Made by a program: the position numbers and the translations under genes. Shown here piece after piece: positions 9,947 through 18,244 of a stretch of DNA of 64,000 nt. This stretch comes from Candidatus Poribacteria bacterium (GTDB lineage: Bacteria; Poribacteria; WGA-4E; PCPOR2b), in NCBI GenBank assembly GCA_965208325.1, contig OZ242326.1, positions 3,840,001 through 3,904,000 of the forward strand. The letters are read 5' to 3'. The notes beneath the pieces were generated by a model. The model ran no database searches, was not told the DNA's origin, and worked only from the letters and a program-made list of their open reading frames with translations. How positions within the stretch are numbered: position 1 is the stretch's first letter; the number at the start of each line of letters is the position of its first letter.

Positions 9947-10058
9947 TTACTCATTACGCCTTACTCATTACGCCTTACTCATTACGCCTTACTCATTACG
10001 CTTTACTCATTACGCCTTACTCATTACGCTTTACTCATTACTCATTACTCATTACTCA
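9947..10058. repeat. Heptamer tandem array, 16 units: (TTACTCA TTACGCY)x6 then (TTACTCA)x4
   Basis: Read directly from the sequence; intergenic between the divergent aminotransferase and TonB-dependent receptor genes. Confidence 0.95.
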
Positions 10059-10420
10059 ATGGGTGCGGTTCCCAAACCCCGCCTACCGCAGCGTAATTGT
10101 GACACCTGCGCTACGCTGTTGTATCACTTCTACAACAGGTTCTCTGAATTCAACCTTGAATATCCTAGCCCGTACTGAAATTTGATTTTGGCATTTAAAT
10201 TGCAATTTCCTAGGGAAGAATAGCATATTCGAGGACTTTTGTCAATACGGCGCAAGTTCCCGCTAGCAGAGCCTCTTTTTCCTTTAAGTCCGTTTCTTCC
10301 CTGTCAATCCTAAGAACTGCCGGGGCAGGTTGTTACGAAAATTGTGTAACTTGTGCTTATAAAAAAAGATTAGTTTTTCAGGCTTCTCTTTGTCGTATTA
10401 GAGAGCACTCTCCAACACTC

Positions 10421-10449
10421 TTGACAGCAAGTGCGCCTTAGGCTACAAT
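10421..10449 (+). promoter_or_regulatory. Sigma70-type promoter of TonB-dependent receptor
   Basis: TTGACA-N17-TACAAT, 33 bp before the ATG. Confidence 0.7.
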
Positions 10450-10482
10450 GCAAGAAATAATCGTCCAATAAGAAAGAGATTA

Positions 10483-12816
10483 ATGCGCCAAAAATTTAAC
10501 CGGTATTTCAATGTATCGGTGCTCATTATGCTAACGTTCGTGACGTCCCTCCTGTTTGCGCAAGGCGCAGGTCGTATCAACGGATATCTACACGACAAAG
10601 TTTCCGGATCCCCGTTGCCATACGCTAGAATTATACTGGGTGACACTCAATTTACCGCCGTGTCCGATGTACACGGTTATTATGTGTTGAGCGGAATTCC
10701 GCCGGGTAGCTACAAGCTAATCGTTTCAAAGGCGCGGTACGAGCGCGTTGAGAAGGAGGTTGAAATTCAGCCGGACGGTGAGCTAAGGCTCGATATTGAG
10801 GTCGCGCCGGAAGCGGTTGAACTTGAGGAAGTGACGGTAACTGGGGAATTAACACGGTTTAAAGAAGATGTAGAAATCAGCCGCACGCACATCAGTTCTG
10901 AAGACATAGTAAATACCCCGTCATTTGTTGAAGCCGATGTGTTTCGCACAATTCAACAACTCCCGAGTGTCACTTCACAGAGCGACTTCAGCTCTGCGCT
11001 GATCGTCCGCGGCGGAAGGCCCGATGAAAACTTGGTACTGGTTGACGGTGCGGAGATTTATAACCCTTATCATCTTGGCGGGTTGTTCTCCACTTTCAAT
11101 GCGGACACTATTGCCGATGCTAAATTCTTGGCGGGCGGCTATCCCGCAGAGTACCCCGGTAGACTGTCGTCTATCTTGGACATCACCTCAAGAGAGGGGA
11201 AGCAGATTAAAGGAAAAGGAGAAGTCTCGCTCCTCAGCAGCAAAATGATGCTGGAAGGGCCGTTCTATAAGGGTGCTTGGATTATCTCCGGTAGAAGAAC
11301 CTACTTCGATCTCATTGCCGAACGGTTCAACCGCGCAAGAGGAGAGGATCAGGACTGGCGATACTACTTTTGGGACGGCCAAATCAAAATCTTTAGCGAT
11401 CTGAATGCGGAAAACAGGTTGACCTTCTCGACATTTGATGGACGTGATGTTCTGACGTTTTTCTATACTGGCGAAGATGAGTATTCGGACGACACCACAG
11501 ATTTCAACTGGAATTGGGGCAATAACGCGCCCAGCTTGAAGTGGCGGTACGTTCCAAACGCGAAGTTCTTCTCAGAACTTGTATTAACGCGCTCCAATTT
11601 CGATTTTGACGTGGATCTGGAAGTCACCGAAGTCGACATTGATGCTAGCGAAGACCAAACTGTCGCTATGGCGAACAACCAGATTCAGGACTACTCGATC
11701 TCGGAACGGTTAACCTGGTATCTTTCGCCTCAGCATACCCTTAAGATGGGAGCCACGGCAAAAAAACTGAACATGGAATTTAATTTGCATGTGGATAATG
11801 TCAATTACTTCGACGTCGCGCAAGACGCCTACATCTTTAACGCCTTCATTCAAGATAAATGGAAACTCAACGACCTGCTCTCGCTTCAGTTCGGATTGCG
11901 CGGCACCAAATATGAGTTGCACGATAACATCTATCTCGATCCGCGTTTCGGATTCAAATACCTGTTATCGGACAATCTGACGTTCAAGGGAAGTTGGGGG
12001 CGGTTCAGTCAATTCCTTTTTACTGTGAACGACGAAGATCAGGTGCTGCAAATCGTCGATTTTTGGCTGCCGGTGCCCGAAGAATTTGATGCGATAAAGA
12101 ATCAACATTTCATTCTTGGATTCGAAAGATGGTTTAATCCGGGATTTACCGGTTCGGTTGAGGCATATTATAAACCCTACAGCAACGTCCTCACTAGCAA
12201 TCTCGGCAACGATCCCGGCCGTGCGTTTGATGAGTTCATCTCCGGTACAGGGCGTGTCTGGGGCTTGGAGTTTTTCCTGAAGAAAACCGCGGGGAAATTT
12301 ACGGGCTGGCTCGGTTATTCATACTCTAATGTGGAAAGGCGGTTCGATTTCAACGAAGATGGAAAGATCGAAAAAACAGAGAATCGTGCGTCGGAAATCT
12401 ATCCACCCAAATATTCGAGACCGCATTCGCTCAACTTTGTTACCAGTTACCAGATGAGCCGGAACAACCGGTTCTCACTCTCCTGGACCGTGTCAAGCGG
12501 TCAACCTTATACGCCGGTCGTCGGCAAAGTCTATTATGGGGGTGACTCGCCGGATAACCCTTATAGGGACGTTATTAGTATAGAAGGCAGAAAAAATTCA
12601 TCGCGGTATCCGCCCTACGTACGCGGAGATATTGCCTGGATTAGAGACATCTCACCCTTCGGGGCGAACGGCAAATTCAAATTGCAGGTCATCAATTTTA
12701 CAAATCATTACAACTATCTACTCTATATTTGGGATCACGATCGTTCGCCGTCAAAAGTTACAGCAATTAGCATGTTTCCAATTATCCCGACATTCGGAAT
12801 AGAATTTGAGTTTTAA
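10483..12816 (+). CDS. TonB-dependent receptor with N-terminal carboxypeptidase-regulatory-like domain
   Basis: Signal peptide; plug motifs DVFRTIQQLPSV, VRGG.PDEN, GGYPAEYPGRLSS; C-terminal Phe (GIEFEF). Confidence 0.92.
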   Translation: MRQKFNRYFNVSVLIMLTFVTSLLFAQGAGRINGYLHDKVSGSPLPYARIILGDTQFTAVSDVHGYYVLSGIPPGSYKLIVSKARYERVEKEVEIQPDGELRLDIEVAPEAVELEEVTVTGELTRFKEDVEISRTHISSEDIVNTPSFVEADVFRTIQQLPSVTSQSDFSSALIVRGGRPDENLVLVDGAEIYNPYHLGGLFSTFNADTIADAKFLAGGYPAEYPGRLSSILDITSREGKQIKGKGEVSLLSSKMMLEGPFYKGAWIISGRRTYFDLIAERFNRARGEDQDWRYYFWDGQIKIFSDLNAENRLTFSTFDGRDVLTFFYTGEDEYSDDTTDFNWNWGNNAPSLKWRYVPNAKFFSELVLTRSNFDFDVDLEVTEVDIDASEDQTVAMANNQIQDYSISERLTWYLSPQHTLKMGATAKKLNMEFNLHVDNVNYFDVAQDAYIFNAFIQDKWKLNDLLSLQFGLRGTKYELHDNIYLDPRFGFKYLLSDNLTFKGSWGRFSQFLFTVNDEDQVLQIVDFWLPVPEEFDAIKNQHFILGFERWFNPGFTGSVEAYYKPYSNVLTSNLGNDPGRAFDEFISGTGRVWGLEFFLKKTAGKFTGWLGYSYSNVERRFDFNEDGKIEKTENRASEIYPPKYSRPHSLNFVTSYQMSRNNRFSLSWTVSSGQPYTPVVGKVYYGGDSPDNPYRDVISIEGRKNSSRYPPYVRGDIAWIRDISPFGANGKFKLQVINFTNHYNYLLYIWDHDRSPSKVTAISMFPIIPTFGIEFEF

Positions 12817-13021
12817 GAACCTGTTTAAAAGTTCATTTTTTACGGCTCCAGTTGTCTTAAGTCAAAGCCCCAGAGGGGATCTTCGATCATCAAATCGAAG
12901 ATAGTTTTTTCAGTAAAATAGAAACGCCATTCACCATACATCAAAAGCCCCAACGGGGCGACAGATTATAGCAACTCAAACGCCCAAGAATGGCTTGCTC
13001 ACCTATAATTCAAACAGACTC
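12817..13021. mobile_element. IS5-like MITE with TAA target duplication
   Basis: TAA|GAACCTGTTTAAA ... TTCAAACAGACTC|TAA: imperfect terminal IRs, internal AAAGCCCC..GGGG hairpins. Confidence 0.7.
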
Positions 13022-13034
13022 TAAGAGGAAAACC

Positions 13035-14072
13035 GTGCATATTCTAAGAATCTGCCTCGCGGCGCTCTTGCTAGTTGCCGCACTCTCATGCGAGCGGGAA
13101 CTGGAAGTCGCCGATTTCAGAGATGATTTCGGAAATTACCAACCGGAACTAAAAATTGAGGGTTTGCTTGACTATGATAATCCGGAAGACTCCATCATTC
13201 GGATTATCAGAACCGAGGCGATTACCGAATCTGATGTTTTCGACGGAATTGACAATGACGGAGACGCCGAAATTGACGAATTTGATGAGACGCTCCCGCT
13301 TATTCAGGATACAACGGCTACCGTCACAGTGACGAATTTAAATTCGGGCGAGGCATACGAATTTCAGTACGTTACGCTGGCGGAGGAGTTGTTCTATCGG
13401 GAATTTCATGAAGATTCCCACGGCGTGGGTCAAACAAGGGTTTTTGGCGATGGAGGCTACACACCAAAAAGTGCGGACGGTTTTCAGGTCGAACTCTTTG
13501 CCCAATACCGTTTAGAAATCTATTCCGAAGCCTTCGACCAGGCCATTACCGGCGTGACCACAGTCTATCCGCCGGTTGAATTCATCGACATTGATACCCT
13601 TTCAACCCTTGACGGCGGCCGCATAACCCTAAATAGAGATGTCGAAAAGACAATCTATTGGCGTTCAGATTTGGAGGTGACGTCATACTTCGTTACCGTT
13701 GTTACCGTATTTGAATTAGACAACGCATTTCTTGAAGAAGAGCTATTCTTTGAGGACCCGCAACTCCATGAGAACGAACGGTTCGTCGAATCTGTCGATT
13801 CGTTTTCATTGTCCAGGGACAATGATTTGACAGAACAGCACGGCGTCTCAATCGGCAAAGAGAGTTTCTTTGTGGGGCGCGAGGCAAATGCCGGCAAAAC
13901 CTTGTCAATAATCGTCGAAGGTCTCAGCCCGGAATATGGGCGTTACATCTTTTCGGCATTGCCGCTGAACGATGCGCAGAGATCCAACCTTCGCGATCAA
14001 GACGGAAAACCCGTCATGGGCGCTTTCGGCGCAACCGCATCAAACACCATACAAGTAGCAATCGAAGAATAA
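13035..14072 (+). CDS. DUF4249-like lipoprotein partner of the TonB-dependent receptor
   Basis: GAGG RBS + GTG, lipobox ALSC, 'LKIEGLL' after the N-terminus, C-terminal 'SNL.....GAFGA', acidic DGIDNDGDAEIDE motif. Confidence 0.7.
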   Translation: MHILRICLAALLLVAALSCERELEVADFRDDFGNYQPELKIEGLLDYDNPEDSIIRIIRTEAITESDVFDGIDNDGDAEIDEFDETLPLIQDTTATVTVTNLNSGEAYEFQYVTLAEELFYREFHEDSHGVGQTRVFGDGGYTPKSADGFQVELFAQYRLEIYSEAFDQAITGVTTVYPPVEFIDIDTLSTLDGGRITLNRDVEKTIYWRSDLEVTSYFVTVVTVFELDNAFLEEELFFEDPQLHENERFVESVDSFSLSRDNDLTEQHGVSIGKESFFVGREANAGKTLSIIVEGLSPEYGRYIFSALPLNDAQRSNLRDQDGKPVMGAFGATASNTIQVAIEE

Positions 14073-14606
14073 GTTCTTGTAGGTTGGGTAGAGCGGAATT
14101 CACCAAAACGGTGTCAGCAGCAGTTTTGCGCTCCAAAATTCAAATCATGCTTGGTTGTAATTAACGCGTAGCGAAACCCAACTCTTTTGAAAACTCCGGC
14201 ACCCAAAACGATTACCGAACGAAAAACCCGTCCCATTTACGCGAAAACTCCGCCGCATTACTTGCCAAACAATTAACACATACAATCCAATTTCTAAATT
14301 CCCCCCTGATAAGGGGGGCTAGGGGGGTTGACACCCGTTTTTATCTGGATAGCGCACTTCAGGTTGAAATTCGCCGATCCATAAGTCATCGAAGGGCATT
14401 GTCAGCATCTACACCACTGTAGGCGGGGCATCTTGCCCCGCAAAGTAGTAGGCACACGCCGTGTGCCGTAATCTTCTGTAAAACCACACTAACCATACAC
14501 AGCAATCGCGTAATCAAGCGATCGAATAGGGCGCAATAGTCTTCGGCGCCTGTATCCTGTAGGAGCAATCTCCGAATCGCGGTACTCATTTAAAACCGAG
14601 TTTTTT
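14073..14606. repeat. Composite GTAG-family REP cluster whose last hairpin is split by the DUF1670 element
   Basis: GTAGGTTGGGTAGAGCG, CCCCCCTGATAAGGGGGG, GTAGGCGGGGCATCTTGCCCCGC, GTAGGCACAC.CCGTGTGCC, GTAGGAGCAATCTCC. 14353-14600 is near-identical to 17863-18100. Confidence 0.85.
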
Positions 14607-14689
14607 ATAGTTTGTATCAAATGACCCCATGAGTTAAACTGATAACAGATGTTATTTCCATCAATTACCATGAATCCATGGAGGTCATT

Positions 14690-15490
14690 ATGAAACCACA
14701 AAGTCATTCAAACTACGGTATCAATCGTCTGGAATCAAAGACGGCGAGAGCGGCAATTATTCAGAAGATTGCGTCAGACTTCAATCTGATGCCTATCCTT
14801 GCCGAAGCCTACTATAATCAGATTTCTTCCTACTTTGCCCAACACGCCGATATTAAACTCACATCAGGCCAAATCTGCTATGAAGCCGTAGCCGCCGACG
14901 AACCCGCAGGTAAACACATTGCCTTAGCCAAAAAGGTCTCCTGCCAACTCACCCTCAATGATGTGCACACCGATCTTGAGGTGTTAGCCAACTATGGACT
15001 TGCAGGACTCAGACGACATCGAATCTTACGGTTAACCAAACAAGCCTATGACCAAGACGCTTTGCTCAGCTATGAAGATTTAGCGGTGCTATTAACCACC
15101 AGCCCGGCGACCGTCAAACGAGACATTCGACAGTTGAAACAGCAAGGGTTTTTTGTAATGACTCGCGGCGCCAAACACGACATGGGCCCCGGCATCTCTC
15201 ATAAAACCCAAATCCTAGAACTGTACTTTAAAGGCTATCAATTCACCGACATTGAGCGAAAGACGAACCACACCGAACGCGCCGTGTTGAGATACTTGCG
15301 TAATTTCACTCAGGTAGCAACCCTCCATCATCAAGACTTTCCAAAGGAACAGATACGGCTCATCACCCATCTCTCTGACCGATTGATTCGTGAGTATCTC
15401 TCCCTGTATGATAAATACGAACATACAGAGCGAATGACGACTTTACTTCATCCTGAACCCGTTGATGAAAAAAAGGGGGAAAACTCATGA
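14690..15490 (+). CDS. DUF1670-family protein A (HTH-containing)
   Basis: GGAGG RBS; motifs GQI.Y.AV...EPAGK, R..RI.RL..QAYDQ.ALLS.EDLA.LL, TRG..HDMGPG.SHK, H...AV.RY. Confidence 0.85.
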   Translation: MKPQSHSNYGINRLESKTARAAIIQKIASDFNLMPILAEAYYNQISSYFAQHADIKLTSGQICYEAVAADEPAGKHIALAKKVSCQLTLNDVHTDLEVLANYGLAGLRRHRILRLTKQAYDQDALLSYEDLAVLLTTSPATVKRDIRQLKQQGFFVMTRGAKHDMGPGISHKTQILELYFKGYQFTDIERKTNHTERAVLRYLRNFTQVATLHHQDFPKEQIRLITHLSDRLIREYLSLYDKYEHTERMTTLLHPEPVDEKKGENS

Positions 15491-16380
15491 GTAAATCATT
15501 GACTCGAACCGAAATCAACGAGAAGAAAATCAGACGTATCAATGATAAATCGTTGCGGCAGTTGCTGATTCATCGCTTTATCAATTCCTATGGGTATGAC
15601 AAAGGCGAAGTGACTGCCAAAGCCATTGTCGATGACATCGTCAAAACTATTGAAGACTATTTCCTGATTCGCTTGCCACTTGATAAACTCGCCGCTGGAG
15701 AACAACTTCCTGATGAACGAATGCTTAGCTATGGTCAACTGGTTTGGATGGCTGTGCCGATTGACGAATATCCACAGAGAGCCAAGTCAATCGTTAAAAC
15801 CCGCATGAAGCCTGTGGTTTTAAGCTTTGTGGCCCCCGAGGACATTGAACACTATTACAGCGGCTTCAGCTCTCGTGAACTCAGAATTCATCGATTGGTG
15901 CGATGGTGTTATCAAGCCTATGACCAAGGGGCATTGTTGACTCAACTAGACCTGGCTGTGTTGCTCAACGTCCGCGACCCAGTAGTGAGTGAGTATGTCA
16001 ACGAGTGGCAAAGCACCAGTGGAAAAATCTTGCCCACTCGCGGCAACATTCACGATTTATCGGCGGCAATTACACACAAGAAGGAGATTATTACCCTTTA
16101 TCTACAAGGGCACCTGACTCCGACCATTGCTGCCAAAACCAAGCACTCCAAAGAAGCTGTTGACCGATACATCCATGATTATGAGTCCGTTAAGATTGTT
16201 CGCACCGCTACCGATGACATTGACAAAATCTCTCAGATTACCAAACTTTCCAAGCGCGTCATCTCTCAATATCTCGACCTAATTCCTCAACATTCGCTGA
16301 ATGACATCAACGCAAACTTGGAAGACGGCAAAGATAACACCGTGCCGTCCAGTTCCAAACCTACAGGAGACTTGCAATGA
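15487..16380 (+). CDS. DUF1670-family protein B
   Basis: ATGA overlap with protein A; paralogous motifs GQLVWMAV, QAYDQGALLTQLDLAVLL, PTRGNIHD, THKK, HSKEAVDRY. Confidence 0.85.
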   Translation: MSKSLTRTEINEKKIRRINDKSLRQLLIHRFINSYGYDKGEVTAKAIVDDIVKTIEDYFLIRLPLDKLAAGEQLPDERMLSYGQLVWMAVPIDEYPQRAKSIVKTRMKPVVLSFVAPEDIEHYYSGFSSRELRIHRLVRWCYQAYDQGALLTQLDLAVLLNVRDPVVSEYVNEWQSTSGKILPTRGNIHDLSAAITHKKEIITLYLQGHLTPTIAAKTKHSKEAVDRYIHDYESVKIVRTATDDIDKISQITKLSKRVISQYLDLIPQHSLNDINANLEDGKDNTVPSSSKPTGDLQ

Positions 16381-16698
16381 CAGCATACGCCTATTATTGC
16401 TTAGACATGGGAAAACAACGTCTCTTTCTTTGGCATCGGCTTGGCACGCCATAGCCATTTTGGTATACTTTGTCACGCTTCTAGCCAAACCAAATGAATT
16501 TCTTGACGGATAAGCTAATTAAGCCAACATAACTCGCTCATTTGATGATGGCTCGAAGTCAGTAACCACGCGCATTCCAACTATCATCAGGTCATTTGAT
16601 ACTATTTCTTCAAAACTCGGTTTCTCCTAATCCTATGATTTCAGCCTGAACAATGTCTCAGGCAAAATCGTAATATACCCGAAAGGAGTTGAAATACT

Positions 16699-17496
16699 AT
16701 GCCAATCAAAACTTTCCGATTCATGATAGTTCTCTTGGTAATCGTCGCTGTGTTTGGACGAATGTGTATCGCCGGTACCTGGATTGACGATTTCAGTGAC
16801 CGAAACCTTCCAGATTGGGGGCCTCCTAGGGGGCCGCAACATTTTGGGGGCGGTCGAATAAATGACGGGGTTAACGCAGGTGTTGTTGATGGACACTTCC
16901 ATTATGAAGGGAAAAAACAACGAACAAGTCATAATTTGAAGAATTGGGGATTAGGGAAAATCCAAGATTTTTCGCTCGAGTTGAAGTTTATGTTTAGAGA
17001 CATCCGAGACAGCCTGGAGAGTTCTTGGACAATTCGATATGCCTCATTTAACGAAGAAAAGGGGGATTTCGACGGGTTTATGAGCTTTTTGTGGTATCCC
17101 GATTCCGAAGGGAAACCCAACGTTTCATTTATTACGATTGATCGCTACGAGTTGAGAGTGCCGGAGGATTTTCCAGAATTGGGGCAAGGCTGGATGCCAG
17201 ATCTCGCTGCAATAGACAGCTTTGCATTCGAAGAAAAGGTCTGGTACACGTTGAGGATTACACGCGAAGAAAACCAATATACTTTTTCGATGGACGATGT
17301 AATTTTATTCGCAGAAGATGATACAGTGCCGATGGGTACGATTGAGCTGTCATTTCATGGATGGTTCACCGTCTGGTTGGATGATTTTACGGTGACCGGC
17401 CCCGATGTTCCGAATGGAGGACCTGGCTTTATGGGAGTCAATCCATCGGCAGAGGGAGTAACGACGATGTGGGGAAAGCTCAAAGCACAGAACTGA
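16699..17496 (+). CDS. Secreted beta-sandwich (concanavalin/DUF1080-like) protein with C-terminal TTMWGKLK motif
   Basis: Signal peptide, 'WIDDFSD', 'WYTLRI', 'G.I.L.......WLDDF.V.GP', ends GVTTMWGKLKAQN. Confidence 0.75.
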   Translation: MPIKTFRFMIVLLVIVAVFGRMCIAGTWIDDFSDRNLPDWGPPRGPQHFGGGRINDGVNAGVVDGHFHYEGKKQRTSHNLKNWGLGKIQDFSLELKFMFRDIRDSLESSWTIRYASFNEEKGDFDGFMSFLWYPDSEGKPNVSFITIDRYELRVPEDFPELGQGWMPDLAAIDSFAFEEKVWYTLRITREENQYTFSMDDVILFAEDDTVPMGTIELSFHGWFTVWLDDFTVTGPDVPNGGPGFMGVNPSAEGVTTMWGKLKAQN

Positions 17497-17637
17497 CAGA
17501 AACCGTTCTCCCGAATATTCTCCCTTTTTCCAAGGGATATTAATCGAGCGGATAGCGAAGGCGAAAGTCTCCTTGTGCAATTTAAAACCGAGTTTTTTCT
17601 TCAAAACTCGGTTTCTCCTAATCTTAGTTTGTGGTCA

Positions 17638-17859
17638 AGTTCTTGTAGGTTGGGTTGAGCGATCAACCGACCGAATAGGGAGGGCGATAGTCTTTTCTTG
17701 CCTTATCCTTATCGCTTCCGATAAACCAAAAGTTCCGCAATACCCAAAAGCGTTGGGTTCGCTGCACCTTAACAATTTCAGCACATATTAAAATACCGAT
17801 ATCCATTGGGCATTTTTCGCGTCTTTCATTTAATCCGCTTAACCCAACCTACAAAAACT
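17638..17859. repeat. REPIN-like unit bounded by inverted REPs
   Basis: AGTTCTTGTAGGTTGGG ... CCCAACCTACAAAAACT; interior shared with 19016-19290 and 22360-22690. Confidence 0.85.
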
Positions 17860-17862
17860 TAA

Positions 17863-18143
17863 GCACTTCAGGTTGAAATTCCCCAATCCATAAGCCATCG
17901 AAGGGCATTGTCAGCCTCTCCACCATTGTAGGCGGGGCATCTTGCCCCGCAAAGTAGTAGGCACACTCCGTGTGCCGTAATCTTCTGCGAAATCACACTA
18001 CCCATCCACCGTAACTGCGCAATCAAGCCATCGAATAGGGGCGCAATAGTCTTCGGCGCCTGTATCTTGTAGGAGCGATCTCCGTATCGCGGCACTTATT
18101 TGAAACTGACTATTTTCTTCAAAACTCGGTTTCTCCTAATCCC
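17863..18143. repeat. Composite REP block, uninterrupted counterpart of 14353-16633
   Basis: Near-identical to 14353-14606 joined to 16606-16633; a third copy lies at ~19310-19561. Confidence 0.85.
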
Positions 18144-18244
18144 AATTGCAGTCCGATTCTCGGATTTAATAGATTCTAACGTGATTTCAGCCTGAACAAT
18201 GTCTCAGACGAAATCGTAACCCTTTAGACAGGAGTTGAAATACA

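Larger units (their letters stand above)
14607..16605 (+). mobile_element. Putative novel insertion element carrying two DUF1670 genes
   Basis: Perfect 13-bp IR GTATCAAATGACC (14614-14626) / GGTCATTTGATAC (16590-16602). The flanks rejoin to AAAACCGAGTTTTTTCTTCAAAACTCGGTTTCT, seen intact at 17584-17616. Confidence 0.8.

Noticed and set aside
9940..10185. 81-aa ORF with THYALL repeats
   Set aside because: It is just the translation of the heptamer array.
14386..14589. Similar short ORFs at 14386-14589 and 17868-18095
   Set aside because: They lie within repeated REP blocks, so their similarity reflects the DNA repeat.
16406..16422. 16/17 match CATGGGRAAACAACGTC with 20847-20863
   Set aside because: A match this short is expected by chance in 64 kb and has no convincing extension.
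16596..16605. Junction promoter formed on circularisation of the DUF1670 element (TTGATA in the right IR)
   Set aside because: No good -10 hexamer falls at 16-18 bp spacing in the left end.
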